The notes beneath the pieces are model-generated. The model worked only from the letters and a program-made list of their open reading frames with translations, did not search any database and was not told where the DNA came from. DNA of 64,000 nt from Euglena gracilis (lineage: Eukaryota). The DNA lies in the NCBI GenBank assembly GCA_039621445.1, contig CP154954.1, positions 45,735,847-45,799,846 on the forward strand, given 5' to 3'. This document shows, one piece after another, positions 1 through 13,300 of the stretch. How positions within the stretch are numbered: the stretch's first letter is position 1; each line of letters opens with the position of its first letter. A program made the position numbers and the translations under genes.

Positions 1-73
1 TCACTGCTTGTGTTTGCCGAAAAAACAACAACTTCAAAACAAACAAGAAGACGAACCAGAATATGTGAAGTGA

Positions 74-148
74 CGGTTTTGGCCACCACCTGTGGCCCAG
101 CCAAAACTGGCCACGACCTGTGGTCCAAAACTGGCCACCCCCTGTGGC
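74..148. repeat. 24-bp-unit repeat (CCCAAAACTGGCCACGACCTGTGG)
   Basis: About 3 units, the same unit as at 15509-15805. Confidence 0.75.
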
Positions 149-157
149 CAGGGTGGG
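149..157. mobile_element. Candidate hAT terminal inverted repeat (CAGGGTGGG) downstream of the transposase; partner TIR not found
   Basis: Resembles the CAGGGTTGG termini at 15940, 16801 and 18292, and is followed by GTTTAAAAC subterminal repeats. Confidence 0.4.
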
Positions 158-891
158 TCGTCGTCTTTTATTACTCGTTTAAAACATCGTTTAAAACCAG
201 TTTAAAACCGTCGTCATAAACCAAAAAGACAGGTTTTCGACGTATGGAAAAAGACCTATTAAAGTTTGGCGAAGCGCCAGTACCGGCAACGACCGGCGTG
301 TTCCCGCCAACGAGTGCAGTGTCATGCAAGATTGTTCATCGGCGCCGAAAAGTCCGTTCCGGAGCCCGTGGAAAACCTAAGGCAGGTATTTTATTCCCGC
401 CCACCTCGGAACGGCAACAGTGGCCCTTTTTTTGTGTTTGTTTGGAGCTGTTGGAGGTAACCCTGTAAAATGCAACGCTGAAAACCCGTTTTGTGCGCCC
501 GATTTTGGTATCAAATGCAACAGAAGACAACTTCAGAAACTTCTTTTTTTGCGATTTCTCAGTCCGGGGCGCGCGCCGCAGCAGACGGCGTGCGTGCAGA
601 GGATACACGTGCCGAAAAACACGTGGGTGCACCCCGTGGCTGCTGTGCATCTGGAGGGGGGGGGGGGGGCTCAATCTGAAAAAGGGGGACCAAAGCCAAA
701 GGGGTCAGGGGGGGGCCGAAGGTGGTCGAAGGCAGACCCATTTAGCGAGAAAGATGGTGGCCCTTTGCTGAAAACGGAGGGAAACCAGCAGTGCAGGTGG
801 TAATAGCAAAGGGGGGGGGGGCAGCCAAGGGGTGAATGATGCCGGACACATTACGCACGATTGAAACGTAAAGGGAAGGGGAGGAGGTGGT

Positions 892-3800
892 TTAAACTGC
901 CTCGTCCTCCTCGGCAGTATTCCAATGGGGAATGTTCCTGTTCAGCTCCCGTGACAGGAACGACAGCCGGTGCCAAGCTTCGTTTTAAGACTGTCAGGGG
1001 GGGGGACGAACCCCGGCCGGCCCTGGACCGCGCAACCGGGGGGGGATGAGGGTGCCTTCAGACTTAAAACGAAGGCTGGCCGGTGCGCCCTCTCCAAGCC
1101 AAGTCTGGGGCGTACATCTGTCTAAGCCCCGGGGGGGGGGGGGGGGGGTTCTGGGCTGGGGACAGAAAAGTGGGGTGGCTGAAAAATCGGGCTGGCAAAC
1201 CCGCCCCCACCCCCTCGTGCAGGCGGAACCACGCGGAACCTGAACTGCTGAGAGGTGGACGGAAAGCGGAAAAATGCCTAAAAAAAACACATTCCGGTCG
1301 CAACCTTGAAGAACTGATGCATGGGGGGAATCACTGGACCCTAAAGAGATGTACGGTCTGGTGCGCAGCACCCCGTACGTCAGCTTCAGGGTGCTGAGCT
1401 GGCAGCATTCCGGTGCTCAAGGGGTCAGGGGGCCCGGGGGGGGGGGGCTGCCTTTTTTATAAAAAACCAGGCAGTCACGTGTTTTCGGGTAACAGGTGAG
1501 TCAGTCCCCCCCCTGGACGCATCAGAATTTGACTGGGAATATCGTCTTCTGTTGACAAACACCCGCAGGAGGGACAGTCAGAGCACAGGGTTGATTGCCG
1601 CTCCAATGTGGCGCTGGTCGCCGCCGCACCATGGAGGCGCAGAGCCAGGTCTGTCATCTTCGGGGGAAATCCATGACAGGTTCCCCGGCCAATTTTTTTT
1701 CCGAACCCCCCCGGCGATGGGGTCGGATCAGTTTGATGAAAACCGGACTGCCACTCACTTTCAGTAGAGCAATCAGACAAAAAAAATGTGCAACCCAGAC
1801 TGCCACTGGCCACTACCAACCAAAAAATAAGGTACACAGTTTAAACACCCCACCTGACTGCGAAACCTGGAACCAAACGCCTCCCCGCTGACCACCACGT
1901 ACACTCGTCAACGTCCGTCTCCATTCGATCTGCTGTGAACGGCGCGGCCTGCCCCAGCCACATGGTGATGGCCCCGTCCTCGACCCGTTCCCCGATCCAC
2001 TTGGTAGCCACGGTGACCTGGTCGGTGGACAAGTTCCGTCCCACGTACCGGTGATGCAGCAGGTACGCGGACAGAAAGACGGGATTGTCCTTGCCAGGGT
2101 TACAGTCGCATGGCTGGGGGGGGGGGGCAGAATAGCAGACTGTACCACCAGCACTGTGGGGGACAGGCTTTTTTTTTAACGAAAAGAAACCCTGCACCAA
2201 AGCCAGTGCTGCACGTTGTTGAACGTGCTTCCATCCTGCTTTGAAGTTGTCCTCTTCAGGCCCCCCCCCCCACCAAAGGCGCAAAGGCTGTCCGGGTCAG
2301 GCTTCTTTTTAAGACCCCCGGGGGGGAGGGGAGTGTACGTCCCCTGACTCTATTCCCACTGCCTGTCGTCCTACTTACACCCTCCCGTGGGAACAGAACC
2401 AGGAGAGTAACAAAAAAGAAAATCTTTCACTTAACTATTAGTTTTTATTGCCTTTGGACTTATGCAGAGCACAAGGCAAACCAGAGGGTTTCTTTGGAAA
2501 CTAGTTCCACAAGTGTTCTCCTATCGGAGACTTGACCTTGAAATTGCCTTTGATTAGGCAAATGAACTCAAGAATAAAATAATACCACCTGTGAAAGGGA
2601 AGGCAGATCCGAGATAGGATAGGCTATTCCTAATTCTGCAATTTGTATTGCAGAACTTGGAATAGTACTATCTGGCATGACATTGTACATTTCGCAGTCT
2701 GCTGCTATGCACAGTGCCATGTTCATGCTGCCTGGTACACATCCCCCTCCCAGGGCTTTGCCCGATTTCCTTACTGGACCAGGCCAGCAAGGATTCAAGC
2801 GTAGCTCTAAGACTGAGGAATGTACACCAGGAAAGCATATCTTGGGTCTGCTTCTCCATCACAAGGTAAAAAACCAGAAAGGGAAGGAAGAAAGAGAGGG
2901 GAACCCAAAAACCCAAAACGCGCAAAAGAGGTTACCCGCTTATGCGGCTACCTACTTATTGCGGTAAAGGGGTGGAAGTGGAAGAGCCCATTGGAAAATT
3001 GGGCTGGAAGGTTTCCATTCCAGAGAGTCCCATCCGCCCGGTTTGGGGTGTGCCTATGGCACTTGTGGTGGTCTCATTCCATGATCGGAAAAGATTGTAG
3101 AGGTAGGGTGTGGAAGGAGGGGCACCTGGCCAGTCCTACCTGACCAGGGAAGAAAGCCTATTTACAAAACCAACTGCCGACGACAGCGATTTTGCCCGGG
3201 GGGAAAGGGGAGAGGGGTGGGGGGCTGGTCTAAAGACCTTACAAAGAATTTTTGCTGTCTGGCAGTCTTATGGGGGCCTTAAGGCCGAAAAGTAACAAGT
3301 TGGGAACTATTATTACGGTGTGCGCGCTGTGCGCTGTGCGTCTTCTTAATGGCGGCCTATACCGCTGGGGAAGACTTCGCAGCGCGGCACGGACACGATG
3401 TTGCCGATGGGGTATCCCCAGAGGCTTATACCTCGGAATAGCGGGCAGTAGCCCTAAAAAATGTAGATTTGGCATTTGTGCCTTGGGTGTGCAGCCTGTA
3501 GGCTGAAGGGTTGGCCTTAGCCAAAAATAATGGGAGGGGTAGGCTTTATCGCCCAAAAACCTTGCCTTGCGGAATATGCATGGCACAAAAGTACTACTGG
3601 GTGTATACCCGAATCAAAAAAAAAAACCGGCATATTGCCAAATAGCTCATTCTGAGGTGTAAAACCGCAGAAAAAATGCGGAATTGTGGCAGGCTGCTGC
3701 CAATTCACAGAACAACTGTGGTTGGTGTGGCTTATACCACTTTGAAAAACCGCAAATGAACTGTGAATGCACATAAAAGGATGGAACATTGTTCCTGTGC

Positions 3801-4283
3801 GGCGAAATTCAACACTCTGTACCTTTCAGTACAATCAGAGGCATGATACCTCAAAAAGTAAAGTGTGCGTATGAAAAATTGTGGGTATCCCCATATTGCG
3901 CACAAGAAAAGAAAAATATCACAAAAAATGCACAGATCAGAACACCACTTTGATGATGGTGGTCTGGCAGGCATGTTCTGTGATAAGCGTGAACTCAATC
4001 GAGCTTTTTTTTCTTTTTTCGACAAGTTGGCCGTAAAGCCGTCACTGGAGTGGGTGGTGGCACATACCACTAAAAAAAATACTAAAAATCTCTGTTTTTG
4101 TGTTGCAAAGCGGCTAGTAAAAAAAACAAAAGAACATAGTGCCGATTGTGAAACCAGCCGATTGGCTTAAATCATTGGTACCATATCGGTATGCACCACT
4201 ATGTGGTTTTGGACTGTCCCATTAGGACTAACATCTCACCTAGAACGGTGACACTGCACACAAAAATCTTCTACGGCTATAAG

Positions 4284-4320
<37 letters not shown>

Positions 4321-4324
4321 AAAA

Positions 4325-4373
<49 letters not shown>

Positions 4374-7300
4374 AAAAAAAAAAAAATAAAAACACAAAAA
4401 AAAAATTTTGATTCCACTGAAAATTCTAGAAAGAACCAGAAAAATATTCACGTTGTGAGAGAGCAATTGGCTCAAAAATTGCACCATGCCGGTGGAATGT
4501 AAGATATTTCGCCGAACAGCGATTGTGGATGCATAAATGTGAAAGTGGGAGTTGATTCTCCGGCACACAAACTTCTCTATGAGAAAAATAACGGTACATG
4601 CACACTTAAGTCATCTTGATCGATGACCCAGAAAATGCAATGTGGTTCAAGCACTGTAATTATCCGCCAGAATTGGGTGGCTATCGCCACAAATGAGGCG
4701 GTAACGATAAAAGTGTGGATATCACCACTGAAAAATGAAAAATTTGGAAAACAACAAATAAATGAAACATTCTTCGCATTAGCGGTATGCCACAAAAAAA
4801 TATAGTTTTTTGGAAATGCAGCGTATACTGCATCACATCACTAGTGTAATGAGATATTCTCTCGCCAACAAAAAAAAACCTGAAATTGCACATGTACGCA
4901 TATTACGCACACGTGGTCAAAATCGCATATTGCGACACTGAGTTCAGACCAATAGGTCACAAATGACAAAAATGCATGAGAAACGGGGGGGCTGCACAAA
5001 ACGACCAATCATCAATGAATATGGTGCTATGGCACGCACCATTTGATGATTCGCTCTGAAATTTTGAACACATTTGCGAAATATTCGCTGAACACGTGGC
5101 GATTGATCCACATTCAGAAAATTTGCGGATGATCTGCACACGGTATCCCAAATGTGGGTCAAAAAAGAGCTGGATTTCACCATTTCTGAGCTATGGTTCG
5201 TATAAACCTTGCATAATGACACCATTGGTGTTGCAGTTGACGACCATTGGGTCCTCCGAATTATATCGGTAAGGGGATCCCACTTGATGAAGCGGGGGGG
5301 GGGGCAAGACTGCCATTCGTGACGAAATCTCATCATTTGTGACTATGCCACTGAGAAAAACTGACTTTTGATAAGATATTTGGGGAAATCCCTTTCAGGA
5401 TTTAGGGCAGAAATGCAGATTCTGAGTCGGGAATTGCATTTTTGTAACCAAAAGTGCAACTTTGTTGCATTTGAGTCATTTAAGACTGCAAATTTGCCAA
5501 GTGCACATAGTGCTTGTTGAGAGTGTCCAATAACACTGCATTGTTGCTGTTGTGTAGTTTTTGGGATTTGGGTGTCCAATAACACCACATCACCCAAAAA
5601 GCTGTAAAATTGTGCAAAAATATAGCAAAAAAGGAAAAATACGCTTGAAAATACAAGTAAAACATGTCTATGACATGTTGAGCAAAGGAAAAATTGCCAT
5701 TATCAGCATATCCCTTTGCATTCCAATCTGGCATATTGCCTCGTGGTCATTCCCATTAGGGATATGGGTGCCAGAATAGGGAAAACTCACCAAAAAGTGC
5801 AGAAAACCAATGATTTAAATGAAAATTTGCACATAAGTGCTCCTAAAAATGATTCTAGTGAGTCGAAATGGCTCCAAATTGTGGGCTATAGCCCTCTGAA
5901 CTGTACCAGGCCTTATAGCCCATACAGAGGGGGTAATGGGCAGAATGCTGCCAAAGGTACTGAAAAATGGCCATTAGCCAAACTGGTAACCAATGGTAAT
6001 TAGCCATCAGAAACGATGTAGGGTACAGTATAGAAGCCTTTCAGGCTGATTTGCCAGTCTGGTACACGATCGTACAACATCTGGCTCAAATAATTGGGTT
6101 TGGCCAAATTGGCTGGGCTTAATTCAATTTTTCACGATCTCTCCAAATAAGAGTACCGTGCAGAGTCACAGCGATCTGATAGCATCGCTGGACGGCTCGT
6201 CCAACGAGCTTTCGAATGAGGGGTAACATGGCCTATCGGCCAGCTACAGGCGCTGAGATACGTCTTTGATCTTTTGCCTGTGTGAGTGAGCTTTTGCTAT
6301 AAGCTCCCATAATTTATTCTACAAAGACAACTTTTGGTTTCTATCTCATAGGCACTACTACGTACAGTCAAAACCTCATGGCACGAGGTGCCAGAAATTT
6401 TGAAGCTTTTGTGGTGGTTTTGAGGCTATGCCAAAGTGACACTTATGCAAATCTGCATGAAAAAAGCCTATTTGGCTTGTTTTGGCCAAATCAGCCACTT
6501 TCAGCCATGTAATATGGCTTTTTGTGCCATTTTTTGAAGTCCCATGGACTTTTCACTTTATAATATGGATGTGTGGACCTTTAGTCCTTTTGGTCCTTGC
6601 ATTTTGTGCAAATTGGTCCTATGGACCCATGGACCACATGGGTAATGGCCCATAGGCCTTGCACATCATAGGGGGTATTGGTCACATAGACCAAACGTCA
6701 AGTCCACAAAAATTCATGTTTGAATGAATTTTCTTCATTTTTGTTTGGGGGGGGCAACTATGTTGCACATTTTCTCAAGGAATTCAACTTATTTCCCTAT
6801 CGGGACTCACTTCTGCAAGAAGAAAAAGGCCATTTTGTTAACAAAATAGCTGTTCTTCACAAAGCTGTGCAAGTTTATGGGAAAAATGCAGTATTTGCAA
6901 TGTATCCCAAAAACTTATCACACACCTTGTGTTTTTGCAAATAACTTTGAAGTGAGCACAATTGTGCGCTTGAACGATCAAAACACCTTTGGTGTTTGCC
7001 AATTTGACCAACAAGTTCGTGGTCAAAGAGGGGGGGGGGGGCGGCTACTTTTGTTGCTGAAGTAAACCAAATCTGCATTTTGAGCATGTGGTTTACATAT
7101 CAACAACAAAAATGCCATCATGAAATATGTACACAAACATCTTTGGGACCTATTCCCAAAAGAATATGGTTGGGTTGGGCAGATACCCATTTGTAAGATA
7201 TACGCAATTATGCGAGATTTGTGCTATGCACGGGTGGGGGGTGGGGGGGGGGGCATCTTGTGGGGGGGGGCTGTTTGCGGGCTGCGCACCATGCGCGGTG

Positions 7301-10300
7301 GGGAGGTGCGCTATGCGCGGTGTGCAAAACAATTATGAGCGCCATGCGCGTGGGGAGCGCAATATGCGCGGGGGTGTGAGCGCCATAGGCGCGGTGGTTG
7401 GGGGCGCCATAAGCGGGGGGGGCATTATGCGCAAGATTTGCGCTATGCGCGAGGGTGGGTGGCGCCATAGGCGCAGCGTCTGTGCTGTACGCACTTTGCG
7501 CAATATGCGCAGGGAGGCGCCAAAGGCGCGGGGGGTGGTGGGTGCCATTGGCGCTTGAGTGGCGGGGGCGCCATAGGCGCGGGGGGTGGTGGTTAGTTTT
7601 GGTTTCAGTTATTTCCTTTTGTGTTTGGTTGTTGGTTGTGTGGAAATTTCTCCCAGAGTGCACACCTTGGGGGGAGGTGCTGAGTAGTTGTCCTTGTCGC
7701 GCATGTTGGTCTGGGGGGGGAGTGTGTAAGAAAAATTGTATGCGAATTTGAGCTGCGGGGGGTGTACAGGATTGTCTGCAATCGACAAACCTGGTGGAAA
7801 ACGAAAAATGAAAGCAGCTGGGCGACTACTCGACACCATTCGAATTTCAGGCCATAGGGCTTTCGTCTTGGAACCCAGTGAAACGCTGGGGGGTTAAGCT
7901 ACTTGTTACCCCTACCGCATGTGGAACGTTTGTGGATATGCGGTGGGTAGGGGGGGCACTTTCTCTTTACCCCTAGGTTGAAAACGGTGTTGGTGTTGTG
8001 GAAAACGGTGTTGCTGTCATCGAAAACGGTATGTAAAAATGATGAGTAGTGGAAGTTTTTTGGGGGGGGGAAGAAGTTTGCGGAGCTGTGTGCATCCTTG
8101 GAGCGTAAATCCATTCAACCACAAGTGACACACATGGGGTATCCCCTAGTGCATCAACAACCGTTAAACACAAACACTATCTATGGGTCAGAGATTCGGA
8201 AAAATTTTGAGTGGCGGGAACCAATAATCCTTGAACACTGACCAGAAAGGTTACTGGGCAGGCGATGACTAGGGTCGCGACTCCTGTCACCTCCTTTCTA
8301 GCAACCCCTGTAGTCTGCATCCTTGGATTTCGGGAACCTTTACTCAAAATCCGAACTGGTGGCCATATCAGCCTTCGACTTTCTTGACGCATATACGTCT
8401 CTGAATTTACGATCTGTCAAGCGGGGATGATGCTCCTTCTTAAAAGGGGTCTCATCCCCCTCCCTGCCCCAAGCCGGGTCATTTTCCTCGATAGAGGACT
8501 TTTCAAAAACAGACTTCTGCCTTTTGGCTGAGGAATGTTCTTTTGAACTGCGATTTATATCGCGGTGACATCGGCTTGAGTGGGGAGATGTCGCATAGCG
8601 ACAATTAGATGAATGGTGGTTATAGGATCCACAATGCGAATATTTGGATCGCGAGTGCGGATATTTATTGGTATCAAACCTGTTTTGTGATTTCTGCGAT
8701 TGCGCAGATTGTGAAGAATGCGAACTCCAGGAAGAAAGGGATCCTCGGGGGCTCTTACTGCGCTTTCGCGCTTGGGGATTCGGACATTCGCGAGACATAT
8801 GTCCCGGTTGATTACACAAAAAGCACACTTTGTCCGAAAATTGATCAGAAGAGCGCGAATAGCGCGGTTTGGATTCCCGTGTGGGGGATTTAGGGTTTGA
8901 GCGCGGATAGCGCGTTTTGGAATCACTCGATGGTGATTTTGGTGATTTTGGGGAAGTAGTCCGTTGGACTGCATGTACCGAACCGGTGGGTGCACCAGCA
9001 CTGGGGTGGTGGTGGTACGCCGATTCGATCTGACCCAGAAGTTGTGATAACTTCATTTGTTTGGAAACATAGTTCCATCTCTCATCGAGACTCAAAAAGT
9101 GTCCCGCAAGTTCTTCGCGTTTAATTTCTTTGATGAGTTTGGGGATGTACCGCAGTAATACCGCATCAAATTGTTCTTTGATTTGCGTTTCCCCTAACTC
9201 ATCAACTTCGGCTGCCAATGCAAGCCACTTTGAGTACCACAAGTCTATCGACTTCCATTTGCGGTCCGGGGGGGTAAATTGCCGCCATTTGTTTTCCAGA
9301 CTGATTCTGGAAACCAAACTTGAGCATGATGAAGCATATTGCTCGACCAATTCCTCAAAAGAAATGCGCCTGCCTATGACCAATTGTCTGGCGCGTTCTT
9401 TTTCAACCCTTGGGAGGCAATCGATGAATTCCATCTTGATTCCCTCGGGGTTGTCATCTTGGGTGGGTCCCTTCAAATCCCAATAATATTCCCAGTCACG
9501 GAAAAATTGTTTCCATGTAGTGGGGTCACCGTCCCATTGGGGCTTCACCTTGTTCGCTATCGCGATGGTGCCTTTAAAATCTTTCTGAGAAACCCGTGGC
9601 CCTTCGGTGGTATTCATGCGGGGTGGGCCCGGGTGCGAAATCGCACCACGTGCAGGTACTCCTGTGGTTGCACTAAGGGTATTGTTCGGGTAATTTTGCG
9701 AATGCGCATGGAACATACCACTTAGTGTACCATAGGTACCATACAAATTTGGGGAATCGCGATTGCGCGAATGGTGATGCGGTTGCGCATGTGGGGGTGG
9801 CGTATCACATGGTTGCACCATTGGTGCTACTAAGCGTATTTGGGAGGTATGACCAATTCCCGGTGTGGGGGTGCGGATCATACCGCGAATTAGTTCGGAA
9901 TCCCGAATCTCTTGATTTAAGAGGGGGGTGGGTCTGGTTTTCGTTTGAAAACCCGACTCATCATCCGAAAACGCGTCCATTGGGACTGGTAATGCTAATG
10001 GGGGGACCACCGCATGAGCGGAAACGCGGTTTGGTGGCAATGTGCCTGTGGACTCGGGGATTGGTGCGCGAATAGCGCTTTTTGAGCTAGAAGATGCGGC
10101 AAGTGTGCCAACTACACCCGATTGCGGGTTTTGGTAGGTGGAACGCAATTGTGCGTGAATTTGGTCCAAGTTTGTTGCAAATTCATGCACACTTTGCTCC
10201 AAATGGTCTACAACCTGCCAATTGTCGGTTATCCGACCCACATCCTCCTGCAAACGCTTAATCCGCCTACGGTATGAGGGTAGCTCATCCAAAAGCGGGA

Positions 10301-13300
10301 TTTTGTCGGAAATCGACTGAAAATCTTGCGAAATTGCACCAAAACCTGTGTCCAATTCCTGTACTCTTGTCACCAAAGCGCGCATCGCGCTGGTAATGTT
10401 CTCCAATTGTGGAGATGGCTTGGTGGGTTGTTCCGAATGCGGATCTTGGACTTTTTCAGCCATTGGCTGTTCCTTCAACACTGAAACTTGCGCGGATAGC
10501 GCGGTAATGTCATTTTGCAGTTGTGTGACATCCTGCTTCACCGTTTTCTCGGTGTTCATGAGACTATCACAAAATCCTTGCATGATTTTGTGATTTTCGT
10601 TGCGCATTTCAGCGCAAATCTGCTCCAAGTGTGTGATTGGGAATGTGGGGGTAGGTGTCGGTGACGGCAATGTGCCTTGGGGTGGTGATTGCACCTGAAG
10701 CATTTTTGTGCTTAATTCTTGCATGCGTTTGTACAAATCCGCTATCGCGGTTTGAATGCCGGTAACATCCGGGATCCTACCAGCTACTTCCGCATAGCGG
10801 GTGTGCAACTTAGCCAATGCGGCTTCAATGTTACCCACATCCTGTTGCAACTGTTTGTGCAAATCAGCCATGGTGGCCTTGAGTCCGCTAATATCCGGTG
10901 ATGGTGCACGGGGTGTCACATTGCGGTTCTGCAAATCCGCGATTGCGGTTCGGATTTCCACTGTGTCATTTTGCCACTGTTGTTGCAAATTCTCAGTCCT
11001 ATTCGCGATATTCGCGATTTGGGTGTGAAAACTTGCAATTTCAGCGGGAATTTCACCACACTGGCAGGATTTCTGCTCCAATTTAGAAAGTCTTTCCTCC
11101 AAGTGTTGCACATACGTGCGGGGGGCAAAACTTTCATTGGCTTGGGCAGAAAAGTGGGAAAATTTCGCGGAATCACCGCTCAACTGGAAAATGCGCTGTT
11201 GCGCTTCCTGAAATGCGGATGCAAGTGGGGAGAATTGTTCCAATGTGGTAAATTGTCCCATATCGGGATGTTTGATGGGGGGTTCATGCAATTTTTGTTG
11301 CAATTGTGGAAAAATTGCCATAATTGGCTCCAATTGATGAGATAAGGCTTGCAAACTATGTTGCATGTTGGAAAAAATCGCATCATTGCGGGATTGTGTC
11401 TCACACATGGCTTCACTCACTTTTTGGAAGTGTTGTGGCAAATGTGCCTGCAAATGTGTGTCCAAACCATGCCGCAAAGTTGCTACATCCACATTAGTAG
11501 ATTGAAAATTCGTTTGGCAATATTGGCCAACATCACGCAAATAACTCCAGAGGTAATCTAGCTTGTGTTCTACAACCTTTTGGTTGTTTTCATCAAAATC
11601 CAAAACCTTGTTAAGCGTCATAGCGCAATCCGCTACACAATTGTGGACATGGGAAATTTGCCGCGTTAGCGGGTGTTCCATTGGGAGATTTGCGACTATG
11701 CGCTGAATAACTGTAACGGGTTGTGGGGCAATTGTTTCCAATTCTTCCGTGTCACTACTCATGGACTCCGTGGGGCTCGTATAAGCCGGAACTGTCAAAC
11801 GCATCTCCGGGTGCCATGGCAATGATGGAAAAGGACCCGTATCGGGTGGTGGGGGTAATTGTCCAATCGGACTTGTGGGGGGGAGCATTGGCGGGGGTTG
11901 GAAGAAACAGGGTGCTTCTAACCCACCTTCCACAAACAGTTGCCGTGGCGTATGCGCCTCAGAGTCAAATGTGCCTATCGGCACCAGTGCGAAATCTCGC
12001 CGGGGGGAATGGGTGTTAGCCGATCGGCTTTCCAACAAAAGGGGTTGTGCCTGTTGGGCATTGGGCTGCTCTATAGAGCTTGACACCGATAGGTGTGGGG
12101 GTGCCCATTGGGCGGAGGTTTGCTCTATAGAGCTGGACACCGGCAGGTGTGGGGGTGCCCATTGGGCGGGGGAAGGATTACTCGACACAGACACCGATAG
12201 GTGTGACACACGCGGGGAAGGAGGATTACCTTTGAAGTGAGTCAATGATTGAGTACCCCTATGGGGTTGAGAATGCTCATTAGAGCTCGTCAATGATGCC
12301 GCAGGTTCAAGTCCACGAAGTGAACCAATCAATGCAGCATAGTCAATGGGGGTTGTGCTCTGCATTTTTAAGGCAAAAACACAAAAACCAAGTGTAAATT
12401 GTGGGGTAAAATGCAGAAACAAGTGCAAAAAGAGGGGAAAGTATAAGAAGTAAGCAGAGACCCGAACTCTGAGGTTTGACGCAGCGTATACTGCGAACCG
12501 TCAGAGGACGTGTCCGTGCGTACGGCTTTGGCCGGAAACGGCTTGTAGTGCCTGTGATCGCCTATAGGCGGGGCACCACACGACCGTTTGCGGTCAAAAG
12601 GATCGAAAACCTAAACTGCTACCAAGTGTACGTCCCCTGACTCTATTCCCACTGCCTGTCGTCCTACTTACACCCTCCCGTGGGAACAGAACCAGGAGAG
12701 TAACAAAAAAGAAAATCTTTCACTTAACTATTAGTTTTTATTGCCTTTGGACTTATGCAGAGCACAAGGCAAACCAGAGGGTTTCTTTGGAAACTAGTTC
12801 CACAAGTGTTCTCCTATCGGAGACTTGACCTTGAAATTGCCTTTGATTAGGCAAATGAACTCAAGAATAAAATAATACCACCTGTGAAAGGGAAGGCAGA
12901 TCCGAGATAGGATAGGCTATTCCTAATTCTGCAATTTGTATTGCAGAACTTGGAATAGTACTATCTGGCATGACATTGTACATTTCGCAGTCTGCTGCTA
13001 TGCACAGTGCCATGTTCATGCTGCCTGGTACACAAGGGGGTGGTCCCCCCCACCCACCCAGGGTGGCGCGGGACCCCCCCGCGGGGGGGGGGGGGGGCGG
13101 GGCCCCCCCCCCCCCCCAAAACCGGGCCCGCTAAAGGGGGGGGGGGGGTCCGGGTCTGGGCCAAACAAAAAATACCCAACCCTGCCTTTTCTTGGGAAAG
13201 GCCCTGGCTGCGCGGGAAGGCGGCCATGAGGCTGAGCCAAATGCTGACTGCGTCGGCAATGGTTGTGCCGTTGGCCTGCATATTGTCCAGCGCCACCGCC

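Larger units (their letters stand above)
2332..13034 (-). mobile_element. Ty3/gypsy LTR element 1, non-autonomous (gag only), inserted in intron 7 of the hAT gene
   Basis: Two apparently identical 410-bp LTRs; TSD AGGGG at 2327-2331 and 13035-13039; PBS, PPT and gag present; no pol motifs between 3400 and 8170. Confidence 0.92.

Noticed and set aside
4236-4568. Poly-Phe ORF
   Set aside because: It is the reverse translation of the poly(A) tract.
12600-12624. tRNA gene
   Set aside because: Only the 3'-end complement (PBS) is present; there is no cloverleaf.
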